A DNA stretch of 63,502 nucleotides, the filler included, from Neoconidiobolus thromboides FSU 785 (taxonomy: Eukaryota > Fungi > Entomophthoromycota): NCBI GenBank assembly GCA_025603075.1. It is 5 parts of 5 records of this genome, joined end to end, with 100 filler letters (N's around TTAATTAATTAA, not from the genome) between each part and the next. Parts side by side here need not be neighbours in the genome. Positions count along the whole stretch, not along the records: positions 1 to 13,556 come from MU626615.1; positions 13,657 to 44,620 come from MU626482.1; 3 more parts are not named here. One strand, given 5' to 3'. Positions 13,396 to 24,137 of this stretch are shown here, one piece after another (position 1 is the stretch's first letter; each line of letters opens with the position of its first letter). The notes beneath the pieces were generated by a model that saw only the letters and a list, made by a program, of their open reading frames with translations, was not told the origin of the DNA and searched no databases. Both the position numbers and the translations under genes were made by a program.

Positions 13396-13556
13396 ATGAA
13401 ATTCACTTCTATCTTTCTTTTAGGTTTAGTAACTTTAGGTTATGCTAGTGCTTCAAACCAAGCCGCTGTTAGTATTCCACCAGCAGGTGAAGCTGTAACT
13501 CCAACTTTGAATAATGCTCCAAAAAGCAATGTTGAAGGAAAAACCTTTTTCTTGAT
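13396..13556 (+). CDS. Secreted protein, N-terminal fragment truncated by contig end
   Basis: MKFTSIFLLGLVTLGYASA is signal-peptide-like and codon usage is host-like; the ORF runs into the spacer. Confidence 0.65.
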
Positions 13557-13656
13557 NNNNNNNNNNNNNNNNNNNNNNNNNNNNNNNNNNNNNNNNNNNN
13601 TTAATTAATTAANNNNNNNNNNNNNNNNNNNNNNNNNNNNNNNNNNNNNNNNNNNN
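13557..13656. other. Artificial contig spacer (44 N + TTAATTAATTAA + 44 N)
   Basis: An identical 100-bp construct occurs four times, and the 12-mer gives stops in all six frames. Confidence 0.97.
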
Positions 13657-14009
13657 AAGTACTCTTAGATACTTTGTGTTCTAAAGAAATTCCCTGAGAA
13701 GTAGGTTTTATTGCACAAGTTTGAGCGGATATTGGCTGAATTGGGTACTACTAGTTAGAAATGTAAAACATATTTTACTATCTTTCATGAAGCAAAACAT
13801 ATGTTAGTTATACATTATGATGATGAATATATAGAATGAAAAAAAGTTAGTCAGAAACTACAATTAAAACTGAAGATGGTAGTGATATAAAAATGATAGA
13901 GCATAAAAGAAAAGCATTTATTTTAATTAAAGTTGTTTTATGGCATTTTAAATAGCCTGATTTCCTTAATTTTAATAAGTCGATCAAAGTAATGCTGCCA
14001 AAGAGACTT
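13657..14009. repeat. Left terminal inverted repeat of contig B (353 bp)
   Basis: Reverse complement of 44268-44620. Near-identical over the outer ~280 bp, with mismatches clustered in the inner ~90 bp. Confidence 0.97.
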
Positions 14010-14878
14010 CTAACTTGTATATTTTAACTTAGATGGCCCTTTTTGAATAGTATTTCATTGTCAAAAAGTAATCATAGCTAAAGTTAATTCATTCGTAGTA
14101 AATTATTGCAGATTGATAATATATTCGAAACAAAGAGTATTAATAAAGTTATGTTAGCTTTATAGGAATTAATATAAAGTGTAACTACATTAGATAATCA
14201 TATTTGATAGTGGGTTATTTAAATACATTAACCTTTGATAAAAGAATTAATATTAAGACAAGTTACAAATCCCTATTATACTACCAATATCTAAACAACA
14301 TTTTATAATAAAATTTGGTAAGTTTTAGTTGACCTATTTATATTCTCTTTTGTAGTAAATAATATAGTATCAAATCCTACAGTAAAATTTTAGATACCCT
14401 TGACCTACTGGAAACAATTATTAATAGGCTTTATCACTCCCTGATAGTTAAGGTTAAATTAGCTTGGATCAACCTAAAAAAATTCGATAAAACACTTTAT
14501 TATATGCACTTTTTTGTAAGAATATGTTTTAAATGAGCTATGAGATAGCCTCCTTTACTTATAAAATTGACAAGACACGTTTCAGTATAACATATTATAT
14601 CAAAGAACTAGAAAAGAAAATTTACTAACTACATCATAATGCACTTACACAAAACGATAGGTTGTAGTTTAGGTCATAGTCACAAGGTATTAATATTTTT
14701 TAATATTTAACTTTTTGAATTTTATTTTATCTCAATATGATCTTAACTATTATGATTTTTAAAAATAAGTTAGTGCAATATTAACAAAAGATAGACATAA
14801 CTTGAAATATATCAAAATCTAAAAACAAAGATTCGAAATTTTAAAACAAAAGTAGACCAAATTTAAATGTGTCGTTTG

Positions 14879-15895
14879 TTAATCAAATATCTCTTCTCTA
14901 TTTAAACATTTTGGTAAATAACTAAGCGTATGTTCAAAAAAGCGACTGCAGTCAGTGCCAGTTATTTTTGAAAAAATAGTGTCAATAAGTTCAAATAATT
15001 CTTTGTCACTTTGTGGATCTTTTTCTCGAATTAACTCTATCCATTTAGTATATATACCCTCAATGGGATTTAAAAATGAAGAGTTGGGCGGTAAACGTAT
15101 TAATGTATGCCCTTTAGATTCAATAAGAGCTTTGGTGCTTGGATATTTATCAGTACATTCGCTATTCATAATTATTATAGCCTCTGATATTTTTGTTTTT
15201 GTTAATTTGGTAACAACCGACTCGACAAAATTTTTATATGATTCCGCAGTGTATCGTCTTAATTGAGTATGAAATCCTAGAATTCCATGCTTATTCATAG
15301 CACAGCACATTGATACAACTTTTTTAAAGGGCCTAATTTTTAATTTTTCCTTTTCTCCTTTTTCAGCTACACTTTTATTTACACGCGTTGTTACATTAAA
15401 CGCATCTTCATTAACAAATACAACTTTAGTGTCAATAAATTTTAATACATTATTTATAAAAATATTGGCATAAGAAGCTCGAATTCCCAAAGTACTCATG
15501 TCATTATTTTGAAGGGGTGGATCAATTCGTATAAAGGAGTAATTGAAGTTCTTTAGATTTTTTTTAACCTTCTCCCAACTTACTTTCAGCCCCATTTCAT
15601 CTTGAAATCTCTTAACAATACCTTTTATTGACAAATTACAATCTTCGTCGATCCAAGATTGTATCAATTTTCTTTGAGGTTCTGGCATAGTTTTCTTAGT
15701 ATATCCACGTTCTCCAATTTTTGGCTTTCTTCTATAATCCTCGCCATCTATGTATTTCTTTACAATAGACTGAACCGTTCTTTCGTTAAAACACAAGACT
15801 TTAGCAATACTTGTTGCATTAGATCCATTTATATACGCTTCAACGATCCTTTCTCTATCCTCATTACTAAGTTTCTTGTAATTTGCTTTGGGCAT
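14879..15895 (-). CDS. IS630-Tc1-mariner transposase-derived protein, copy L4 (338 aa, intact ORF, D1->N and D2->N)
   Basis: N-terminal HTH (DRERIVEAYING...IAKVLCFNERTVQSIVKKY), VVFVNEDAF, IIIMNSE, LPPNSSFLNPIE. Confidence 0.9.
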   Translation of the reverse strand: MPKANYKKLSNEDRERIVEAYINGSNATSIAKVLCFNERTVQSIVKKYIDGEDYRRKPKIGERGYTKKTMPEPQRKLIQSWIDEDCNLSIKGIVKRFQDEMGLKVSWEKVKKNLKNFNYSFIRIDPPLQNNDMSTLGIRASYANIFINNVLKFIDTKVVFVNEDAFNVTTRVNKSVAEKGEKEKLKIRPFKKVVSMCCAMNKHGILGFHTQLRRYTAESYKNFVESVVTKLTKTKISEAIIIMNSECTDKYPSTKALIESKGHTLIRLPPNSSFLNPIEGIYTKWIELIREKDPQSDKELFELIDTIFSKITGTDCSRFFEHTLSYLPKCLNREEIFD

Positions 15896-18037
15896 TAAGC
15901 TTTTGTAAACTTAAAAATAGTGAACAAAAATGAATTTATTTACGCTAGTTCAGCTTGAAATTGTCAAATTATAAAAACTGTTCCGAATAAAATTACATGA
16001 ATCCGTCAATTATTAGTAAATTAAATTTTTGTTTAATGACGTATGATAGTTTTTTTGATTTGCACTACTTAAATTGTCAGATTTTATCAGAATAGTCGGC
16101 AGTTAGATTTTTTCGTTGTTTTTAAATTATAACTAAATTCTGCTTAGTATGAATTAAAGGACAAAAAAAGGTGTATCCCTAGGTTAAATTAAAATTTTTG
16201 CTTACAAATCAACAATGAAGATATCTAATTGTAAGCCGTTCTAGCCAGGCAAAATACAAAACAAATCAGTAATTTTGGATTGGATATGAGCTACTTTCAT
16301 AATTGATGTGAAAAGCAGTTTTCGAAATAATTGAATGACTGACCTTTAGATATTAAAAAATATTGTAGCAGTTTTACTTGAAACATTAACATGAGCACGA
16401 ATTTCCAATGATTTTAGCTTTTATATACCCAGCCTAAACTTAGAACGATGTTATCGATGGATAAAGTAGTCAATTGATGTAAGGATCTTTATCCAAAGGA
16501 ATATTGAAACTGTCTTAGTATTTCCAGATTTTCTTCTAAGTTAAACATATCATTTCAAACAAATATTCAATTGATATTAAAGTTCCTTAGATGTGAAATA
16601 GAACGATGAAGGTGTTACGATATTCAGTGTAAAAAGGAGAAAAGTATAGATACAAGGTAGCAGGAAAGTGCACAAGTTGAGTTCAAGGTAGTAGGAAAGG
16701 GCAAAGCTTATTTAGTTTGGTATTCAAGAGAGTTGATAAGTTGGAATCTAACCAAATCAATATTAATAAAAGAGATGAAATAATCAAAATACTTATAATA
16801 AAACTATTTCAGGGACGGGTTTTATCAGGTGCTTTATGTGCTCGAAAAACACGTCAAAGAGTAAGCTTTTATTTTATTATTTCAAAAGATTCAAAATTCA
16901 ATCAGATTTTGTTTGTTATGAACGGAGTGAGTATAGTTTATGTGTGAACTGTGAAGTAATATATATTAGGGAATAGCTATGCTAAAGAATAAATAGAGCA
17001 AAAAGAAACTTGTCAGAAACTATACTTAAAGCTAGAGATGCTAGCGATTTGAAAGTGATAAAGCATAAAAGTAGAGCACTTTTATTTTGGCTGATGTATA
17101 TTTTTAACATTTTAGACGGCCAAAGCTTTCTAACGTAGAAAAATGAAAGTAAAGTTACTAAAAAAGTTTCTATCACTCGTATATTTTAATATGAAAGAGC
17201 CTTTATTGAATAGTATTTCATCCTCAAAAAACATAGATTGAGTTTATTTATTTGTAGTAAGTTATTATAAAGCCATAATGTATTTAAAGTAAAGAATTCG
17301 ACCAAAGTTTTATTAGCTTCAAAAAGTAATTACAAAGTATAATTTCGTCAAATAATCATCAAGTAATTGATCAAAGTTAAATTATAATCACTATCCTTTG
17401 ATAAACGAATTAAAATTTATGATTTATAGATTTCAAATTAGTTGTTTTATAATTGCTCTATTTACATATACTATTAACTCCAAGGTTTAGTAAGTTTTGC
17501 TTAATATGATTGTTTCCTTGTTATTTAAAAATACAGTATCAAACCTTATAATGTGATTCAAAACATCGTTGGTTTGTTGAAAATAATTATCAGCAAGCTC
17601 CATCACCTCTTGATGATCATTTTTGCGTAGTTTGAGTCAATTTAAAACGAGTTTGATGTAAAGTATTATATTATAGCATGTTCTCTATATATAAAGATAT
17701 AAATTTTACATCGAGTTCTCAGATAGACATTGCCATTTTTAGAGAATAGGGTCAAATCCTTCAATATAACTGTTCTATGTCAAACGCTTAAAAAGATAGT
17801 TTTTGACAATACTATGATATCCCTGTGCAAAACTAAGCTAAAACGAAGACACAGTCTTACAACCATGCGCTATAATATTTTCACATTGTTTGTGAAATTG
17901 ATTCCACGTTATTACAATTTTTAGTTACTATTATATATAGAAAATACTGTTGTATCAAGACAAAAAAAACTTCACTCAACATTTCAAAAGTAAAAATTTA
18001 AAACTTAAAAAGAATAAATTAAACTTAAACATATCAT

Positions 18038-19102
18038 TTAATAATCAAGTATCGCTTCTTTTCTCATACATCTTGGTAGAAAACGTAACATAGTATCATA
18101 AAAATAATTACAATCATTGCTACTTATTTCTGATAGAGCACTGTCGATAGCTTCAAACAATTCTTTCTCATTTTGTGGATCTTTTTCTCTTATCAACTGT
18201 ATCCATTTAGAGTACATAAACTCAATAGGATTTAGAAACAAAGAGGCAGGCGGTAAGCAGATTAACCTGTGTCCATTTGATCCAATGAGTCCTCTGATGT
18301 TTGGATCCCTATCAACGTATTCAGTATCCATGATTATCATAGCTCCTGATACGTTCATTTGGGCAAATTTAATAATAATTGATTCAACAAACTGATAGAA
18401 GGATTCAGTGTCAAAAGGATTTGCTTGAGTCTGATATTTAACTATACCATTTTTGCTCATTGCACAGCAGATCGATGTATCTTTTGTTTGAAACCCGCGA
18501 CCAAGGGGACCAGATTTCTTTTCTTTAATTGCTTTGACTTTAAATTTTTTGCGCATTGTAACTGAAAAAGTTGTTTCATTTATGAAAAATAGTTTAGAAT
18601 CATCAATCCTTGGTATTTGATTGAGGAAAAAATTGGCATAATAAGCTCGTGTTTCCAAAGTTGATAAACTGTTGTCCTGAGGAACAAAATTGGTATTTTG
18701 AGGAGCAGAATCTTTATTCTGTGAGACTGAATACACGCGCTTAAAAGAGAAGTGAAACTCCTTTAGATAGCTTAAAATAGTAGTCAAACTTGCATTTATC
18801 CCCATTTCACTCATGATTTTTTCCTTTAATGTTTTTAATATGATAGTACAGTCTTCATCAACCCAAGAGCGAACCGTATTTAATTGGTCATCTGATATAC
18901 GTCTTTTAGAACCTCCTTTCGGCTTCCTACTATAATCTTTCCCCTGGGTATACATTCTTATAAGACCATGAACAGAAGTACGGCAGAACCCCATCACTTT
19001 GACAATTTGTGCTGCACTATTCCCATTAATATAGGATCTAACGATCCTTTCTCTATCTTCATTAGTGATAGACTTGTATTTCTTTTGGTTTGTAGATGAC
19101 AT
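18038..19102 (-). CDS. IS630-Tc1-mariner transposase-derived protein, copy L3 (354 aa, intact, D1->N)
   Basis: HTH plus LFFINETTF, MIIMDTE, LPPASLFLNPIE. Confidence 0.9.
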   Translation of the reverse strand: MSSTNQKKYKSITNEDRERIVRSYINGNSAAQIVKVMGFCRTSVHGLIRMYTQGKDYSRKPKGGSKRRISDDQLNTVRSWVDEDCTIILKTLKEKIMSEMGINASLTTILSYLKEFHFSFKRVYSVSQNKDSAPQNTNFVPQDNSLSTLETRAYYANFFLNQIPRIDDSKLFFINETTFSVTMRKKFKVKAIKEKKSGPLGRGFQTKDTSICCAMSKNGIVKYQTQANPFDTESFYQFVESIIIKFAQMNVSGAMIIMDTEYVDRDPNIRGLIGSNGHRLICLPPASLFLNPIEFMYSKWIQLIREKDPQNEKELFEAIDSALSEISSNDCNYFYDTMLRFLPRCMRKEAILDY

Positions 19103-19735
19103 TCAAAACTTAAAAAAAGAATAGGTTGACTTTCTTATTTTTACGAATTTAGCTGTTTTTTTGTTAGACAGTTTTTTTTAGCAAATTCTAAATTTTTGCT
19201 AAATTTAAAACAAGTGAACACACGTTATAATGGAAAGAGTTGTTACCATTATTAATTTAATATTTAGTATTGTATTGTAATATTTTGTAAATATAGTTGA
19301 TTGATCTAATAAGAAATTACTAGAAAGTATCAGTTTACAAAGAAAGGAATATGATGTAAGAATACATTAAAATTTATTAACTGAAAAATAAAAGTAAAGC
19401 TGAAACTTATTTAAATTTATAATTTATAAATTAAGTTTTACAAAATGAACAATCTTGAAATGGAAAAAACCATTTTTATCAGAACAGCTTACAGCCAAAT
19501 GTCTTCCATTGTTTTTAATTTGGAGCTAAGTTTTTAACATAAATCTAAGGGTAAAAAGAGCTGTGATCTTTAAACTTATTAGAAAAACCTACTATAGATC
19601 AAAAAAACGGAAGGATCTAACTTCATGCTGTTCTATTTGGTTCTTATTTTACTATCTAATTTTCTAAAATATTATGTTCTATACTTACTATAGTTGTTGA
19701 ATAACGTAGTGTTTTAATTACTGAAGGCCAAATAT

Positions 19736-19834
19736 GAGGATGTTTTTTTTGATTTTATTACTTTTGCCATTTTTTAAGCTCAATTTGAGTGGAGAACTTG
19801 TTAGTGAAATTTTTAAACATAAAAATACCTCGTC
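19736..19834 (+). mobile_element. MITE copy 4
   Basis: ATAT|GAGGATGTTTTT...AAAAATACCTCGTC|ATAT. Confidence 0.85.
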
Positions 19835-19902
19835 ATATAAGTAAGGGCATATAAATTAAAAAAATCAAAGTAGTGAAAATAAGAACATAAAATTACTTTA
19901 AT

Positions 19903-20915
19903 TTAATAATCCAATATTGCTTTTTTTGTGCATTTTTATAGAAAACTGAGCATATTCTCATAGAAGTTGCTACAGTCAGATCCTGATATTTCTGATAAAA
20001 TACTATCAACAAACCAAACAGATTTTCCTCATTTTATCAATCTTTTTCTCTTACAAATTGTATCTGTTTATAATATTAAACTCAACAGGGTTCAGAAACA
20101 AAGAGGCAGGCGGTAAGCAGATTAACCTGCATCCATTTGTTTCAATAGTTCCTCTGATATTTAGGTCTCTATCAGCACAAAAATTATCCATAACTACCAT
20201 AGCTTCTGAGATGTTTGGTTAAGAAAATTTGTGGATGATTAATTCAACAAACTGATAAAAGGACTCAATATCAAATGGATTTACTTGAGTTCTATGGTTA
20301 ATTATACCATTTTTAGTCATCGCATAACATATCGACACGCTTTTCCTTTGAAGTCCAGGATCAAGGCGAGTGGACTTTTTTTAATTTCCTCTTAAACTTT
20401 GAACCCATCATAACGAAAAAGATTGTTTCACTCACAAAAAAATATCGGTGCCACCAAACCTTGTTATTTGGCCAAGAAAGATATTAGTATAGTGAGATCT
20501 TATTTCCAAAGTAACAAAATTATTATTTTGAGTAGCTGTATCAGTACATTTGAAAGAGAAATTAAATTCTTTCATATGCTTCGATATAGTTGATTTACCA
20601 GCACTTATTCCCATTTTATTCATAAGTTTCTCTTTTACTGTTTTTAATGCAATTTTACAATTTTCATCAACCCAAGATTGAATAATTTTTTCATGAAACT
20701 GTGATGTGACTACTCCTAGAGCTTGTTGCTCATAATTGTTTAAGAAAATTTTTCTTTCCAGTATACTTTTTTATAATATCGTTGACAGTTAAAGATCTAA
20801 AGCTCATTACTCTAGCAATGTTGATTTGGCTGTTCCCATTTACATGAGATTTATAAGTCCTTTTTCCATTAACATTGTTGTTACAGCTATATTTCTTTCG
20901 AATCGTAGATGATAT
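19903..20915 (-). pseudogene. Transposase-derived pseudogene, copy L2
   Basis: Start codon mutated (ATA), with stops and frameshifts. Retains ISAGKSTISKHMKEFNFSFK, FVSETIF and LICLPPASLFLNPVE, and ends ...AILDY*. Confidence 0.88.
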
Positions 20916-21258
20916 TTAAAGATAACATAAAAGAACAAAATTATTTTCTTTAGTTTAATCAGTTTAGGTAATTTTTGTCTAATATTCATTTTACAGTTCA
21001 AAATTTTTGTTGAATTTAAACTTGATAAAAAATAACAATTAAGTTTATAATAAAAAAGAATTGTTTTCACTATTAATTTGTTACTTAGTTTTGTACCATA
21101 ATACTTTGTAGTTATGAAGCTATTTACCTTGTCTTTAACTTATCCTTTGGTAAGTTAAATACCTTATGGTAAGAATATGACATAGAAGCACATAAAAATG
21201 CATCAATTAGAAAAAAATTGTAATTAGTATAATACTTGAAAGTATAACCTAATATTTA

Positions 21259-22416
21259 TTAATCAAATATTTCTTCTCTCCTATTACACTTTGGTAAGTA
21301 ATTAAGCATATATTCAAAACAACTATTACAATCAGATTCTGAGATCTCTGAAAAAACTGCACCCATAACTTGAAACAATTCATTTTCATTTTGTGGATCT
21401 TTTTCTCTGACCAACTCTTTCCATTTAGTATACATACCTTCAATAGGATTTAAAAACGGTGAATTAGGTGGTAAGCACATTAATCTATATCCTTTTGATT
21501 TAATAAATTTTCTAATATCTGGACCTTGATTAATATGTTTATTATCCATTATTACAATTGCCTCAGTTATATTTTTTTGTGCTAACTTAACAATGGTTGA
21601 TTCAATATATTGATGAAATGATTCCATTTTAAAAGGCAGTGCCTGAGTTTGATATTCAATTATACCAATTCTACCCATAGCACAACGTATGGATATGTTT
21701 TTTTTACGGATCCCGAAGTACTGAGATGTAGTTTCTTTTTTAGCCAATAACTTTTTATTTGTGTACATTGGAATAGTAAACGTTACTTCATTAATAAAAA
21801 TAGCTTTGGATCCAATAGAGTTTAGTATATGACTTATAAAGTTATTAGCATAAAAGGCCCGGCTTTCCAGAGTAGCCACATCATTATTTGTAGGGTCAAA
21901 CTTGATACGTTTAAAAGAAAAAGTAAATTTTTTCATATAACAAGATAATCGTATCAGAGGTATATTTAATTCCATTTCATTCATTAATTTTTCTCTTAAT
22001 TCTTTTAATGAAATTGTACAATCCTCATCAAACCAAGATTGCATTGCTTTTTGTTGGAGATCGGACAAATATATTTTTGGCTCTGGTATTACTTTTGGTT
22101 TTTTTAATCCTAATATTGTTTTTGATTTTTTTACTTCCTGTGTTGCTTTTATTCTTTTTAATGGTTTTGTCGCTTTTGGCTTGAAGATTACTTTTAGTTT
22201 TTTTGGTTCCCTTGGTTCCCGTACTACTTTTGCATTTCTTGTATAATCTTTCCCTTCATGGTACTTTTTGATAATGCCATGAACAGTATTATAACCAAAA
22301 CCTAATGCTTTAACAATGTCTTTCTCACTGAAGCCTTTGATGTATGAGTTGACTATTTCATGTCGTTCTTCAGTACTAGCTTGTTTAAACTTTATCTTTG
22401 GAAGTTGAGCTGACAT
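21259..22416 (-). CDS. IS630-Tc1-mariner transposase-derived protein, copy L1 (385 aa, intact, Lys/Pro-rich insertion after the HTH, D1->N)
   Basis: AIFINEVTF, VIVMDNK, LPPNSPFLNPIE. Confidence 0.9.
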   Translation of the reverse strand: MSAQLPKIKFKQASTEERHEIVNSYIKGFSEKDIVKALGFGYNTVHGIIKKYHEGKDYTRNAKVVREPREPKKLKVIFKPKATKPLKRIKATQEVKKSKTILGLKKPKVIPEPKIYLSDLQQKAMQSWFDEDCTISLKELREKLMNEMELNIPLIRLSCYMKKFTFSFKRIKFDPTNNDVATLESRAFYANNFISHILNSIGSKAIFINEVTFTIPMYTNKKLLAKKETTSQYFGIRKKNISIRCAMGRIGIIEYQTQALPFKMESFHQYIESTIVKLAQKNITEAIVIMDNKHINQGPDIRKFIKSKGYRLMCLPPNSPFLNPIEGMYTKWKELVREKDPQNENELFQVMGAVFSEISESDCNSCFEYMLNYLPKCNRREEIFD

Positions 22417-23253
22417 TGAAACTTAAAAAGTAAATAAATTTTGAAATTTTAATTATTTTTTTTTAATAGACTGCATAACTGTTTGCAAAATTTGATCTGG
22501 TATAAAATGGACAGCATATTAAAACAAAAAAGGATGGGTATAAATGTTGCTCTAAAAGTTTCAAGGTCTGTTGTCTACTATTCCTAGTATTAAATAGAAG
22601 CTCCAAAATAAGCTTGTAGTTTTGTAACAACACTGTGATTTAATGAATTCTATTCACTGTAAAATAGAAATAAACTTGTTCTTCATTTCTACTAGATTTT
22701 TTATTTATATTATAAAAAAATAAAAATAAAAATTGATAGAATAAAATTTTAATCAACTATACTGTGGATTTTAATTTACATATTACTTCATTTACACTAT
22801 AAATAATTTTTAACCTTATAAAAATATTATCTTTTATAATATAACTCATTGTCTTTAAATTTATTTCATTATTAATTTTATGAATTGCATAGTTTATTTC
22901 CTGATAATTACAGAAATTAAAAATGTATTACAAAATAATAGTAAAAATAATAAAAAACAGTGAAATAAAGCTAATATATTTATTGATAATATTAAAAATT
23001 AATTCTAGAATAGTTTGATATATTTTTTTGAAGTTTTTCAATAAAGTTGTATCTTTTTTAGAATGAAAATGAGGATTTTTAAGTAGCTTATCTATAAAGT
23101 AAAAGTAATTTTGGGAACTTAGTCATTAAATATAACTATTAGTTTATTTAAAATAAACTTAGAATATCTTTATATTCATATTTTATTTGAAGTTTTAACT
23201 TGTTTATTTGTTTATTATTAAATGCAGATAATTGGTAATATTAAAAAATTAGT

Positions 23254-23350
23254 GAAGATGTTTTTCTGATTTCATTATTTTTTCCATTTTTTAAGCGCTA
23301 TTTGAGTGAAAAGATTATTAGTAAAATCTTAAACACAAAAATACATCTCC
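23254..23350 (+). mobile_element. MITE copy 5
   Basis: GAAGATGTTTTT...TTAAGCGCTATTTGAGTG...AAAAATACATCTCC. Confidence 0.82.
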
Positions 23351-23867
23351 AGTGTTGAAAATTCCGACACTGATCTATGAAATAAAGTGAACTTATTCCT
23401 AAGCCAAATTCTTTTTACAACATAAGTAATTTTGACTTGCTCTTAATACCTTCACTTTTAGATTGTATTAAAAATAAATAGCTTTAAAAAGTACTATAGT
23501 TCGATAGTTCTATTAACACCTTATTATTTGATATGTTAATTTCTAACTTTACTATTGAAAAATAGCTTATCTATGGAATAGAATAAGGTAAAATCGATTT
23601 TATCCAAATAAACCAAAAAGCGGAGAAAAACCAATTAAAATTAACTTTCTCAAAAGATTAATTGAATGGTGACTTCATTTAATAGATTAACTAATTACTC
23701 CATTTCATAATAGACATTTTCCCATTATTTTAACAATAGCAGCTTGTATTCTTACACTCTACTCATTTATTAACCGATATAATCAATCCTAAAATAATAT
23801 TATACAAGATAACGATAATAATTAGCTTAATTCAATATAATAAACATCGATTAAAACATTAATTATA

Positions 23868-24100
23868 ATGGCTAAATTCCTTAGTCGAGCTGGTAGCAAT
23901 ATTGACCATTTACAAACACGATTATTGAATAATAATCATGATGATTATCGACCATTAAGGCCAAGTCCGTTTAATCCAGAACGGCAGTTATCGCATTCCA
24001 AAGTGAAAACAATTAAACAAGAGGATAATAAGTTGGGTAAGTAATAAATTTGTTCTTTAATTTTTATTTATTTTATTTCATTTATCAAAACTTTCAATTG

Positions 24101-24137
<37 letters not shown>

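Noticed and set aside
13657-13760. IR frame reading LDTLCSKEIP*EVGFIAQV*ADIG*IGYY, as if TGA encoded Trp
   Set aside because: Too short, and genes in the window use TGG for Trp. Decay or chance is more likely than a variant code or a mitochondrial insert.
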